Below are positions 1-10,900 of a stretch of DNA of 64,000 nucleotides, piece after piece. The notes under the pieces were generated by a model. The model worked only from the letters and a program-made list of their open reading frames with translations, was not told the origin of the DNA and did not search any database. Source of the stretch: an uncultured Clostridia bacterium (lineage in GTDB: Bacteria; Bacillota; Clostridia; Oscillospirales; CAG-272); NCBI GenBank assembly GCA_904501865.1, contig CAJGCF010000001.1, positions 1,121-65,120 on the forward strand. Direction: 5' to 3'. Both the position numbers and the translations under genes were made by a program. How positions within the stretch are numbered: position 1 is the stretch's first letter; each line of letters begins with the position of its first letter.

Positions 1-1
1 C

Positions 2-484
2 CTTGTAAGAAATAACGATATTCAGTTCGTTATTCTCGGTAAGGGGGAGCCAAGATATGAGAATTTCTTCCGCGAGCTTGAAAGAGCATATCCCGATAAG
101 GTGAGAGCTCTACTAACGTATGACAGAGATCTGTCCAAGAAGATATACGCGGCGTGTGATATATTCGTTATGCCGTCCAAGAGCGAGCCCTGCGGTCTGT
201 CTCAAATGATAGCCTCGCGTTACGGCGCTGTTCCCGTAGTAAGAGAAACGGGTGGACTCGCGGATTCCATAAAGGGATACTGGGTAGACAACGGCGAGAT
301 CAAGGGCAATGGCTTCACATTTGCAAATTATTCTGCAGACGAGCTTTGGGACCGAATACACGCGGCTCTGGCTCTTTATTGGGATAAGCCCCAGCACAAG
401 AAGTTTATTTCCAAGATAGCGGGCACGGATTTCTCGTGGTCGGTATCTGCGGAGAAATATATGCAAATGTACGATTCTATTTAA
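2..484 (+). CDS. glgA: Glycogen synthase (GT5), C-terminal part; 5' end lies upstream of the window
   Basis: Frame is open from the window edge (LVRNNDIQFVILGKGEPRYENFF...). The C-terminal motif FVMPSKSEPCGLSQMIASRYGAVPVVRETGGLADSI is typical of bacterial glycogen synthases. It is followed by glgP. Confidence 0.85.
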   Translation, partial: LVRNNDIQFVILGKGEPRYENFFRELERAYPDKVRALLTYDRDLSKKIYAACDIFVMPSKSEPCGLSQMIASRYGAVPVVRETGGLADSIKGYWVDNGEIKGNGFTFANYSADELWDRIHAALALYWDKPQHKKFISKIAGTDFSWSVSAEKYMQMYDSI

Positions 485-512
485 GCAATAACACGAAAGG
501 CACTATACCGAA

Positions 513-2939
513 ATGAACGATAAAAACATCAAACCAAACAACGTAAAGGAAAACATTGAGACAAAGCTGTCAAGATATTTCGGCTGCACGGCAGCGGAGG
601 CATCCAAGGAGCAGATGTACAAGGCGGTCGCTATGACTGTCAGAGACATGCTTACCGAGCAGAGAGGAGAGTTTAAGAAAGAGGTCAATAAAGAGGGAGC
701 AAAGAGAATATATTACATGTGTATGGAGTTCCTTCTTGGCCGTTCTCTAAAGACCAATATTTGCAATCTTGGACTTGGTGAGGAGTACGGCGAGGCACTT
801 TCAAAGCTCGGCTTTGATCTCAATGAGCTTTATGAATGTGAGCCTGACGCAGGACTTGGAAACGGCGGACTTGGACGTCTGGCTGCCTGCTTTATGGACT
901 CTCTCTCGTCTCTTGACTATCCTGCGACGGGATTCTCAATATGCTACGAGTACGGTCTTTTCAAGCAGATGATAGTCGACGGCATGCAGGTCGAGCTTCC
1001 TGACGTTTGGTTGCCCGGTGGAGAGGTGTGGCTCGTTCCGAGAACCGATCGAACCTTTGTTGTACGCTTTGGCGGTCACGTAAAGGAAAAGTGGGAGAAT
1101 AACCACCTGACGATAATTTACGAGGGCGCAGAGGAGATAGAGGCTGTTCCGTACGATATGATGATATCGGGTGCGGACAGTAAGGCGGTAAGCCAGCTCA
1201 GACTTTGGAAGGCGAGAAATATCCAAAATTTCAATATGGGACTTTTCACTCAGGGACAGTATGCAAAGGCGCTTGAGGAGAGCACAAATGCGGAGACTAT
1301 CTCCAAGGTGCTCTATCCCTCTGATAATCATACCGAGGGTAAGCTTCTTCGTCTTTCCCAGCAGTACTTCCTTGTATCAGCATCGGTGCAGAGCATAATA
1401 CGAGATCATATGGCAGTCTACGGAACTCTTGACAATCTTGAGGATAAGGTAGCTATCCATATAAATGACACTCACCCCGCACTCTGTATTCCCGAGCTTA
1501 TGAGAATACTCGTTGACGATTATTTCTATTCTTGGGAAACTGCTTGGGATAAGGTCATAAAGATATGCTCTTATACTAACCACACTGTAATGCCAGAGGC
1601 ACTTGAGACTTGGAATGAGGATCTTTTCCGTCTAAAGCTCCCCAGAATATACGATATAGTCAAGGAAATAAACGAAAGATTCTGCCGTGAGGCTTGGACG
1701 GCTTTTCCAGGCAACTGGCAGAGAATAAGTAAGATGAGCATCGTGGGCTACGGCGCAGTCAGAATGGCTAATCTGTCGGTAATAGGCTCTCATTCTATAA
1801 ACGGAGTATCCAAGCTGCATTCGGATATTCTGACGGAGACTATCTTCAAGGATTTCTACAAGATGTATCCCGAGAGATTTGCAAACGTTACAAACGGAAT
1901 AGCTCACCGTCGTTGGCTCTGCTACTCCAACCCCAAGCTTGCGGGTCTGCTTGACGATTGCATAGGTACAGGATTCAGACACAACCCTGTTGAGCTTGCC
2001 GAGTTTGCAAAATTTGCCGATGATAAGGCAGTGCTCGAAAGAGTAAGATCTATAAAGCACGACAACAAGATAGCCTTTGCCAATCATCTTTACGCCAAGA
2101 CGGGCAAGATGATAGATACTCACTCTGTCTTTGACGTGCAGATAAAGAGACTTCACGAGTACAAGAGACAGCTTCTCAACGTGCTCAACATTATAGACAT
2201 ATATCTCGATCTTAAGGACGACCCCGATATGGATATCCAGCCCCAGACCTTCATATTTGGAGCAAAGGCGGCGCCCGGATATCAGATGGCAAAGAGAATA
2301 ATACAGCTTATCTGTATGATATCCAAGGATATTGACAGAAATCCCAAGATCAAGGAAAAGCTCAACGTTGTATTCATTGAGAACTATGACGTGAGCACTG
2401 CCGAGATACTCATTCCTTCCGCGGATGTGAGTGAGCAGATATCTCTCGCAGGTAAAGAGGCGAGTGGAACGGGCTGTATGAAGCTCATGATAAACGGAGC
2501 TATCACAATAGGAACACTTGACGGAGCAAACGTCGAGATGCTTGATGCGGTAGGAAGTGAGAATATGTATATATTCGGTCTCAAGAGTAACGAGGTAGAG
2601 CAGATGTGGTTGCGCGGTTATCGCTCGGCAGAGTTCTACTCAAACAATGAGAGACTTAAGAGAATAGTAAACTTCTTGGCAATAGGCTTTGCGGGCGAAT
2701 CCTTTGCGGATATCGCTACGTACCTGCTAACAGGCCACGGAGTTGCAGATCCTTATATGTGTCTTGCGGACTTCGAGTCCTATAGACTCACCCACGAGGA
2801 GATGCTTGAGGCGTATTCTAACAGAGAAAAGTGGACTCGTATGTCACTTCTCAATACCGCGGCATCGGGATTCTTCGCGGCAGACAGATCTATCAAGGAA
2901 TACGCGGATAAGTTCTGGAATCTTAAACCCGTTCATTAA
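513..2939 (+). CDS. glgP: Glycogen/maltodextrin phosphorylase (GT35)
   Basis: 808 aa. Contains GNGGLGRLAACF and the PLP-lysine region EASGTGCMKLMINGA. Length and layout fit alpha-glucan phosphorylases. Confidence 0.9.
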   Translation: MNDKNIKPNNVKENIETKLSRYFGCTAAEASKEQMYKAVAMTVRDMLTEQRGEFKKEVNKEGAKRIYYMCMEFLLGRSLKTNICNLGLGEEYGEALSKLGFDLNELYECEPDAGLGNGGLGRLAACFMDSLSSLDYPATGFSICYEYGLFKQMIVDGMQVELPDVWLPGGEVWLVPRTDRTFVVRFGGHVKEKWENNHLTIIYEGAEEIEAVPYDMMISGADSKAVSQLRLWKARNIQNFNMGLFTQGQYAKALEESTNAETISKVLYPSDNHTEGKLLRLSQQYFLVSASVQSIIRDHMAVYGTLDNLEDKVAIHINDTHPALCIPELMRILVDDYFYSWETAWDKVIKICSYTNHTVMPEALETWNEDLFRLKLPRIYDIVKEINERFCREAWTAFPGNWQRISKMSIVGYGAVRMANLSVIGSHSINGVSKLHSDILTETIFKDFYKMYPERFANVTNGIAHRRWLCYSNPKLAGLLDDCIGTGFRHNPVELAEFAKFADDKAVLERVRSIKHDNKIAFANHLYAKTGKMIDTHSVFDVQIKRLHEYKRQLLNVLNIIDIYLDLKDDPDMDIQPQTFIFGAKAAPGYQMAKRIIQLICMISKDIDRNPKIKEKLNVVFIENYDVSTAEILIPSADVSEQISLAGKEASGTGCMKLMINGAITIGTLDGANVEMLDAVGSENMYIFGLKSNEVEQMWLRGYRSAEFYSNNERLKRIVNFLAIGFAGESFADIATYLLTGHGVADPYMCLADFESYRLTHEEMLEAYSNREKWTRMSLLNTAASGFFAADRSIKEYADKFWNLKPVH

Positions 2940-2950
2940 TAATAAATCTG

Positions 2951-2980
2951 AAAGAGGGGCAGAAAATGCTGCCCCTCTTT
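2951..2980 (+). terminator. Stem-loop downstream of glgP (putative intrinsic terminator)
   Basis: AAAGAGGGGCAG / CTGCCCCTCTTT form a 12-bp stem with a 6-nt loop, 12 nt after the glgP stop. The T-tract is weak. Confidence 0.5.
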
Positions 2981-3008
2981 AGAAAATTTAAAAGAAAGCG
3001 AAATAGAA

Positions 3009-4970
3009 ATGCTCCCAAAGCTTTTTTCACAAATAGACAAGGAATGCGAGATAAGAATAAATAAATTTCTGAAAACCGAGGACGTGTCCGCTCTCGGCGC
3101 TTTTGCGCGCGGAGATGTTATAGATATTGAGATCGCGGTCGCGAGCCGACTTGGCGCGTGCGGCGTAGTATGTAGGATCAAGATGGACGGCGGCGCGGAT
3201 AGAGACATTCCTTTGGAGCTTGTCCGCGCTGACGAGATCTTTGACATTTATTCATTCTCACTTGATACCGCCGAACTGTGCGGAGAGCGAAACAGCGGAC
3301 TTTTTTACTATGAATTTCTTTTCCTGCGCGGTCTTAATACCTTGTTTACGAGCACGAATAACAACAAGGACTTTTTAGTAGAGGAAAAAGAGGGCAGGAG
3401 ATTCCGCTTGCTCGTTCATTCGAGTGATTACCGTACGCCAGAGAGCTTTGGCAGAGGGGTAATGTATCAAATATTTACCGATCGCTTTTTTAAGGGCGAG
3501 GGAGAACGGGTGATAAATCTTCCTGTGCGTGAGGACGCACAGTTAAATCCTGATTGGGATCATGGCATACCTCAATATTCCGCGTATTCGGGCGCGCCTC
3601 TTAAGAACAATATGTTTTTTGGGGGAAATCTCTGGGGAATTGCTGAAAAGCTTGATTACCTTGAATCTCTTGGAGTGACGTATATATATCTCTGTCCCAT
3701 TTTCGAGGCATATTCAAATCATAAATACGACACAGCCGATTATACGCGCGTTGACGAGATGTTCGGTGGAGACGAGGCACTTGACAATCTGATATCTGAG
3801 GCAAAATCGCGCGGAATAGGCATAATTCTTGACGGAGTATTCAATCACACGGGAGACGATAGCGTATATTTCAACAAATACAGAAAGTACGGAGATGGCG
3901 GCGCTTATAATGACGCTCATTCCGAGTATGCGGATTGGTATAAATTCCGCATACACCCCTATGACTACGAATCCTGGTGGGGAATAGATATTTTGCCAAA
4001 GCTCAACCATAAAAACGAGGGATGTCGCAGATATTTCACGGGTGAGAACGGAATAATAGCAAAATATATACGCCGTGGCATCGCGGGCTGGCGTCTTGAC
4101 GTTGCGGACGAGCTCAGCAACGAGTTTCTCGACGAGCTTAGAGAGAGTGCAAAGAAATCAAGCGACGGAGAAGCCGTTATAATAGGTGAGGTCTGGGAAA
4201 ACGCCGCAGATAAGGTGGCATATGCCCAAAGACGAAGATATTTTCTTGGAAAACAGCTTGATAGCGTTATGAACTATCCCTTAAAGAACGCGATAGTCTC
4301 ATTTTGCTTGTACGGTGACGGAGAATTTTTGTATGATACCCTGACCGAGATATACGCGTCTTATCCGACTATGGTATCTCATAAGCTTATGAATCTGCTT
4401 GGAACTCACGATACCGAGAGAATATTGACGGTGCTTGGCAGAGACGAGGGCGACGAGAATGACGACAACTGCGTACTTGCGACCAAACACCTTACCGCAG
4501 AGCAGAAAAAAGAGGGAATAAAGCTTCTGAAAATAGCGGCAGCACTTCAGTTCACCGCATACGGTATTCCGTCGGTGTATTACGGCGACGAGGTAGGACT
4601 TGAGGGATATGGAGATCCCTTCTGTCGAATGCCTTTTCCGTGGAACGATATGAATGATCCTTGCAGGATCGAAATATTAGACTATTATAGAGCTCTCGGT
4701 AGGATGCGCGCCACTGAGGCGGCATTTGACGGCGGCAGATTCTATTTTTTGGATCACTCGGGCTCTCACGTGACCTACGTTAGAGAAAATAAGGATAGCA
4801 GAGTGATTATAAGTGCCAACAGAGGTGAGGAATACTCTCTTGACATTCCGCAAGGGGTAATTTACGTAAACCTTATGAGCGGAGTTGAGCATTGCGGCGA
4901 GGTGAAAATTCACAAGGACAGCGTAGTTATATTAAAGGAAGTCCGAATGAGAGGAGCAGAGCATCTATGA
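3009..4970 (+). CDS. GH13 alpha-amylase-family glycosidase (neopullulanase/amylopullulanase-like)
   Basis: 653 aa with the four GH13 conserved regions: DGVFNHTG, GWRLDVADEL, GEVWE, LLGTHDTER. Confidence 0.8.
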   Translation: MLPKLFSQIDKECEIRINKFLKTEDVSALGAFARGDVIDIEIAVASRLGACGVVCRIKMDGGADRDIPLELVRADEIFDIYSFSLDTAELCGERNSGLFYYEFLFLRGLNTLFTSTNNNKDFLVEEKEGRRFRLLVHSSDYRTPESFGRGVMYQIFTDRFFKGEGERVINLPVREDAQLNPDWDHGIPQYSAYSGAPLKNNMFFGGNLWGIAEKLDYLESLGVTYIYLCPIFEAYSNHKYDTADYTRVDEMFGGDEALDNLISEAKSRGIGIILDGVFNHTGDDSVYFNKYRKYGDGGAYNDAHSEYADWYKFRIHPYDYESWWGIDILPKLNHKNEGCRRYFTGENGIIAKYIRRGIAGWRLDVADELSNEFLDELRESAKKSSDGEAVIIGEVWENAADKVAYAQRRRYFLGKQLDSVMNYPLKNAIVSFCLYGDGEFLYDTLTEIYASYPTMVSHKLMNLLGTHDTERILTVLGRDEGDENDDNCVLATKHLTAEQKKEGIKLLKIAAALQFTAYGIPSVYYGDEVGLEGYGDPFCRMPFPWNDMNDPCRIEILDYYRALGRMRATEAAFDGGRFYFLDHSGSHVTYVRENKDSRVIISANRGEEYSLDIPQGVIYVNLMSGVEHCGEVKIHKDSVVILKEVRMRGAEHL

Positions 4971-6211
4971 AATACGTAAATTCACTTAAATATATGAATA
5001 GCTTTGGTGCCGCTGAGAAACGTTCGGAGATATCTCAGAAGCGGGCACGAGAGCTCTGCGAGCTACTCGGCAGGGTACATATAGGCACGCGCTACGTGTG
5101 TATCCCTGATGGAAGTGCGGGACACTCTATCTCGGTAATGCTTGAATCCGTTATAAAGCACGCGGGCTATCGCGTTGGCAGAATAAGCTCGGAGGCTGAT
5201 TTGGACTCTCGCGGAACAGTCTTTATAGACGGTGAGATACCGTCAATAGACGATTACAACAGATCCGTTGCGGAGCTCAAGAACGCTTTGCAAAAGACAC
5301 CCGACGTTACCTATTATAAGGAAGAGGCAACTTTTGCGCTCTCTCTCCTGCTTTGTAAGCTTGAAGGGTGTGAGTACGTTATCCTTGAAGGGCTTTCAAA
5401 CGATAGCTACGGTCTTGACGCTATCTGCGCGCCCTACGATCTAATCATAATGCCTACCATTTATGAGGGTGGGGTTGAGGATAGTAGGATAAAAGCTGTA
5501 TGCGACAGTATACGCAGAGGCACTCGAGAGGTGGTCAGCGGAAATCAGAGAAGTGAGATATATAATATCATATCAAACGCCTGCGCCCTCAGCGGTGTAA
5601 GGCTTTATATTCCCGTAAAGGCACAGTTTGAGATAAATAGTATATCGTCACGCAGACTTGAATTTTCATACGGCGGACGCGACGGATATGTTTTGAAGAA
5701 TCCGTCACATATGCAGAGAGATTGCGCGATGACGGTCATAGAGAGTGCGCTTGCAATACGTCGAGACGGAGTTAAAATGCCGTGGGGCAGTATAGCTCAG
5801 GGAATAGAGCGAGCGACTGATACAGGGTGCTTTGATATCATATCACTCTCGCCCGCTATCATTACGGATACTGCCCACACAAAAGAGGAGATAGAGCTTT
5901 TGCTTAAAAGCTTTTGTGAGGTGTTTGACGACGGCGTTGAATTTGTTATCTGCCTTAAGACCGACGGAGATAAAGCTCTTGCCGAGCAGCTCTCGGCATT
6001 CAAGGACAAGAGAATTCGCAAGGTTTTAGCGATGTCTGACAGCGAGCTTAAATTGAGCGTAGATACGCCCGTGATAGCATGCAATAGCGCGAAGGATTTC
6101 GCAAGACTTGTGTATGACGAGCCCAAGGATTCTTGTGCAGTGCTTTGTATGGGAGACGTTTCCTTTAACAAAGATTTTAAGACCGAATTTATAAAACTTA
6201 TGGGATATTAA
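4967..6211 (+). CDS. FolC/Mur-ligase-like protein with degenerate catalytic motifs
   Basis: Colinear resemblance to folylpolyglutamate synthase, but the P-loop GTNGKGS is replaced by DGSAGHS and DGAHNP by DTAHTK. The start ATG at 4967 overlaps the GH13 stop (ATGA). The track ORF from 4892 would overlap GH13 by about 80 nt. Confidence 0.5.
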   Translation: MKYVNSLKYMNSFGAAEKRSEISQKRARELCELLGRVHIGTRYVCIPDGSAGHSISVMLESVIKHAGYRVGRISSEADLDSRGTVFIDGEIPSIDDYNRSVAELKNALQKTPDVTYYKEEATFALSLLLCKLEGCEYVILEGLSNDSYGLDAICAPYDLIIMPTIYEGGVEDSRIKAVCDSIRRGTREVVSGNQRSEIYNIISNACALSGVRLYIPVKAQFEINSISSRRLEFSYGGRDGYVLKNPSHMQRDCAMTVIESALAIRRDGVKMPWGSIAQGIERATDTGCFDIISLSPAIITDTAHTKEEIELLLKSFCEVFDDGVEFVICLKTDGDKALAEQLSAFKDKRIRKVLAMSDSELKLSVDTPVIACNSAKDFARLVYDEPKDSCAVLCMGDVSFNKDFKTEFIKLMGY

Positions 6212-6220
6212 ATAAATAAG

Positions 6221-6254
6221 AAAGGGACTGCCTCAATTTGATACAGTCCCTTTC
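6221..6254 (+). terminator. Stem-loop after the FolC-like gene
   Basis: AAAGGGACTG...CAGTCCCTTT hairpin about 10 nt after the stop. The T-tract is weak. Confidence 0.4.
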
Positions 6255-6361
6255 CAATTTATACTATGTAAATATTTAGTGAGCGCGGTCAATAATATTG
6301 TTGAGCCAAAGAGCAAAGAAATATTGACTCTTTGAAACCAAGAGAAAGGTTGGATTTAAGA

Positions 6362-7681
6362 GTGATAAGACCACAGATAATAAAGTGTAGCGGACGTGAG
6401 ATACTTGACTCAAGAGGAAATCCTACGGTGGAGGCAACGGTGGTGCTTTCGGACGGAACTATAGGAGTAGCAAGCGTGCCGTCAGGCGCGTCTACGGGCA
6501 TATATGAGGCAGTCGAAAAAAGAGATAATGATGAGAAAAGATACGGCGGCAAAGGAGTTCTTTCTGCCGTGAGCGGTATATGTAAAAACATTTCTTCGGA
6601 GATAGTTGGATGTTATGCCGCAGAGCAGTCGGTCATAGATAAGCTTATGTGTGAGCTTGACGGAACTGAGAACAAGTCAAAGCTCGGAGCAAATGCCATT
6701 CTTGCGGTGTCATTAGCCAATGCGAGAGCTTGCGCAAGCTCGTATCAGATACCGCTTTTCCGTTGGATAGGTGGAGTGCGGGCGGTCAGATTGCCAATAC
6801 CTATGATGAATATACTCAACGGAGGCGCGCACGCGTCCAATAACGTCGAGATACAAGAATTTATGATAGTGCCGACGGGGGCAGAGTCCTTTGCGGACGC
6901 GTTGCGTATGGGTAGTGAGATATACCACACGCTTGGAAAGATCTTGAAGAAAGAAGGATACAGCACGGGGGTTGGAGACGAGGGCGGCTTTGCCCCTGAT
7001 CTCGAATCTGACGAGGATGCTATTGAGTATATATGTGCCGCAATAGAGCAGAGCGGCTATGACACCTCGAGCGTTAAGATCGCACTTGACGTTGCCGCAT
7101 CGGAGTGGTATGACGCATTATCGGGTGTATATGAAATGAAGAAGCGGCAGGAGAAAAAGGACAAGAGCCAGCTTATAGGTTATTTTGCGGATCTGTGCAA
7201 AAAATATCCTATAATATCCATTGAGGACCCTCTTGATCAAAGAGATTTTGTGGGCTGGTCAGAGCTCACGGCGGAAATAGGAGACAAGGTCATGCTCGTT
7301 GGAGACGACCTGTTCGTGACTAACCCCAAGAGACTCAGACAGGGAATAGAGGCGGGAGCGGCAAATTCCATACTCATAAAGCCAAATCAGATAGGAACAC
7401 TCAGTGAGGTAATGCAGGTGATAGACCTTGCGTCCTCGTCGGGATACTCCTACATTCTCTCTCACCGCTCGGGAGAGACAGAGGATACTACAATCGCAGA
7501 CATCGCCGTTGGCACGGGAGCGCAATTTATCAAATCGGGAGCGCCCTGCCGTACCGACAGAGTGGCAAAGTATAACAGACTTTTAAGGATAGAGGCATCG
7601 CTTGGAAGCAGTGCTCACTACGGACTTGACGGAGAGCGCGCAGATCCTTCTGTCAAGACTTATTGTGGAGAACAGTGTTAA
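6362..7681 (+). CDS. eno: Enolase (phosphopyruvate hydratase)
   Basis: Motifs REILDSRGNPTVEA, SHRSGETEDTTIADIAVG and AKYNRLLRIE. The start is uncertain: GTG 6362 gives the usual N-terminal length, while the track ORF opens at TTG 6332. Confidence 0.9.
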   Translation: MIRPQIIKCSGREILDSRGNPTVEATVVLSDGTIGVASVPSGASTGIYEAVEKRDNDEKRYGGKGVLSAVSGICKNISSEIVGCYAAEQSVIDKLMCELDGTENKSKLGANAILAVSLANARACASSYQIPLFRWIGGVRAVRLPIPMMNILNGGAHASNNVEIQEFMIVPTGAESFADALRMGSEIYHTLGKILKKEGYSTGVGDEGGFAPDLESDEDAIEYICAAIEQSGYDTSSVKIALDVAASEWYDALSGVYEMKKRQEKKDKSQLIGYFADLCKKYPIISIEDPLDQRDFVGWSELTAEIGDKVMLVGDDLFVTNPKRLRQGIEAGAANSILIKPNQIGTLSEVMQVIDLASSSGYSYILSHRSGETEDTTIADIAVGTGAQFIKSGAPCRTDRVAKYNRLLRIEASLGSSAHYGLDGERADPSVKTYCGEQC

Positions 7682-7778
7682 AAACAGAGGGCTGCTTCAT
7701 TTAGCGCAGAACAAAAGCCACTTTTAGGAGCTTAGAGAAAAAACAACTTAAAAATATAGTTTTTGCCTTTCAAATGTC

Positions 7779-7816
7779 GAAATCCGCCGATTTTTTCGGC
7801 GGATTTCCCCATTTTA
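7779..7816. terminator. Bidirectional-looking stem-loop between convergent eno and addA
   Basis: GAAATCCGCCG / CGGCGGATTTC form an 11-bp stem with a T-rich loop, followed by CCCATTTTA. Confidence 0.5.
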
Positions 7817-7917
7817 TGTGGCTTTTTAGTCGCGTTTTGGCTCTCTGGCGTACCCTTGTACGCCTACGAGAACCAAACCACGCCTTCTGCATCTAAATAC
7901 CTCAGCCCCCTTTGTTT

Positions 7918-10900
7918 TTACATCTCGATAGCCTCGCCGAGAGTCAGAGAGTAAATATAAATGCTTTTTGGCATCTTGCCAAAGATTTGATTTACGGCAT
8001 ATTTGTACTGCTCAAGCTGCTCGCCGTGCCTCTCTCTCATATTTCTTATCAGAAGTGCGCGATCGCGCATCTCCTCGTGAGTTATTCTATCAGTTTTGTA
8101 GTCGCATAGCAGAATATCACCGTCGGCAGTTTCTATAAGAAGGTCGATAGAGCCCTGGACAAATATCTTTTTGTCCCCAACCAAGTCCTTAAGCGTTTCA
8201 TTCTGAGTAAAGTCGGATGCCGACTTGAAAAGACCGAATTTGAACTCACGTAGCACGTTTTTTGCCGACGGAACGTGGGCGTACATAGAGCTTTTAAAGA
8301 ATCCGGAAAGCTGATCTCTGTTGATAATGCCCGCCACTCTCTCGGTTATAAATCTCATCTCACGTAGTCTTGATATCTCGGCTTCGACTCCATTCTTCTC
8401 CACGTTTTGATAATCGCAATACTGTAAGAAAAGGTGAGTTGCCGTTCCTATTTCAGCGGCGGTAGGCTTTTTGTTGACGTCAAGCAGACTGTCAAAGGAT
8501 GCCGTCGCCGAGCGCATAAGCTCTATTCGGTGTCTTAGACGTTTCTCGTTGTCACTGCTCTGACTGTCCTTATCCTCATCACTTTCGGAGAACAGTATGC
8601 CCGTGGGCACGGGAATAAACACGCTATCGTCAAGCATATGAGGAGACACCTTTGATGCTGCTACCTTTGACGGTATCGTTGAGAGTATTTTCTCATTTTC
8701 GTCTTGATTGGACGGTGAATTAAGAAGCATACTAAGCTCCTTTTCATCATCGTCAAGCTGGATTGTAGACAATGCTTTTTCACTTGCCCCAAGAGGAGAA
8801 GTCAAGGATGCATCTCCCTCGCTAAACACCTTTATTTCATAAGTGTCCTTTTTCTCGGTGTCGTGAGCAAGAGCTGGCAATATCCAATCCATGTAATTTT
8901 TAGCGTGCTTGATTTTGTATTGGGTTATGCTTTCGTCGCGCAAAAGCTCCATATAAGCCTCAATATCCTTGTTCAGAGTTGCGCTTATATAAAGCCTTTC
9001 TCTCGCTCTTGTGAGAGCCACGTAAAGATTTCGGCTCTCCTCCTCGACTGTTTTGGAATTGAGCTCAATGGTTGCTGCATTCCAAAGAGGCGTTGAACTG
9101 TATCTTTGACTTATCTTATTGACAAGTGAATCCTCGGACGAGCTCTGAACGGGGAATTTCATAGAAATGCCGAATTTTTTAGTAAATATCAACGCCTTGC
9201 TGGCGTCCCGAAAATTGAACAGTCTGTTGCAGTCAAACAGGAAGCAGGCAGTGTATTCAAGTCCCTTGGAGTGATGTATCGTCATAATATTGACGGCGTT
9301 TGGGTCTACCGAAGCGCTTTCCGCGCCTCCCTCGCCCTTTTCCATCAGGCTCTTGAAATATTTAAGGAAGCTGTAAAGACTGCTCCACACGTTCTTGACG
9401 TATTTGCAGGCAAGGTCGTAGATATATGCATAGGCACGCGTGTCGGCAAGTCTTGCGTATCTCGGGCAGAGGGACAGGCTTTTTATAAGCTTGTCAGCCG
9501 AGAGCTTATTCGCGACTGCGCGCATTTTTTCTATCATAGCTACAAACTCGCGGCAACGCGCGGATATTTCGGGGTGAACGTTATCCTCGCCGTATTTTAT
9601 TATGGCGTCAAATAAGGACTTTGACATCTCGGTGTGCTTACGTATGTGCACGACCTCCTCAAGCGAGAAAACGGGTTCTGCAAGCTCTGTCTGCGCGGTA
9701 ATGAGGCGGTACAAAGGTATATCTATTCTCGGATTGTCAATGACGGACAAAAGGTCTGTCAAAAGCTTGGTGTCCTCGGACTCGAATATTTCCTTGCTTG
9801 ACGAGAGGACGTATTTTATATTAAGAGCCTTAAGTGCATCGGTGAGCGGCAGAGCACCCTTGAGGCCTCTGACAATAACGGCGATATCACTGCCGCGAAT
9901 AGAGCTACCGTCAGCTTTTTTCTGATTTCTTATAAGGTCAGCTATCTCGTTTGCCACAACGATGGCCTCGTCGGACATATCCGTACTGTCCTCATAAAGT
10001 CCGCTGTCGTCCTCGTCCTCGGAGCTTTTGGGTGATTTTGCAAACTGAATAAGATTGAGTACGACCTTTGGGCTTTTATATTCCTCGTTGTCGATATTCT
10101 TGGAGAACACGAGGTCGTCATCGTGGGTGTATCCTATAATGTCGGAGAACGCGGAGAACACGGACGAGCATACTATGTTGGTGAAATCTACCACGTTCTC
10201 GTCACACCTGAAGTTGTTTGACATAAGTATAGTGCTTCCACCGTTTTTAATCTCGTCACGTTCCTCATTGTAAACAGGGAACAGCTTTCTGTAATTTGCG
10301 AATATTGATGGCTCTGCCTCGCGGAAGCCGTAGATGCTCTGCTTTATATCTCCCACCATATATCTGTGGCTTTGACCGATAAGCTCGAATATCCTGTCCT
10401 GTATCTCGTTGACGTCCTGATACTCGTCTATGTATATCTCGTCAAAGCTTTCAAACATAGAGCGAGCGTATTCGCTGGGAGCTCCGTCCTCGTCAAGCAG
10501 GAGCTTGAGCATAAACTTGGGCATATCTGAAAACTCGCATATTCCGCGGCGCAGCTTTTCCTCCGAGTAATCCGTATCAAATTTTTGCAGGATATTATAG
10601 AGTAGCTCGCAGAATGCGGCGTTTTTCTCGAAGCAGGCGGATATCTGCTCTCCCGTCATATAGAAATATTTTGTGGCAAGATTTTTGATGGGGTCGTTTA
10701 TCTTCTTTTTTCGCGCATTCTGGCATCTTTCACTCAGCTCGGTCTTTTCTACGGCCTTTATAGACGGTATCTTTGACACCTCAAAGCCTGCAAGTGCTCC
10801 GCAAAGCTCGGAATAATCCGCGTGCTTTACCTTCTGTAGCAGGGCGGTGCATAACGAAAGATTTTCCTCAAAGCAGACCAGATATTTACCTTTGACGAAC

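Noticed and set aside
2446-2490. GlgP PLP-site variant EASGTGCMK (Cys where Asn is usual) as a functional anomaly
   Set aside because: This is a single substitution next to the conserved Lys. The rest of the enzyme is canonical, so there is not enough to claim altered function.
7763-8109. Two ORFs of about 63-65 aa in or next to the eno-addA spacer
   Set aside because: They have no RBS and low-complexity hydrophobic translations. One overlaps the addA 3' end in antisense, and the spacer is better explained by terminator hairpins.
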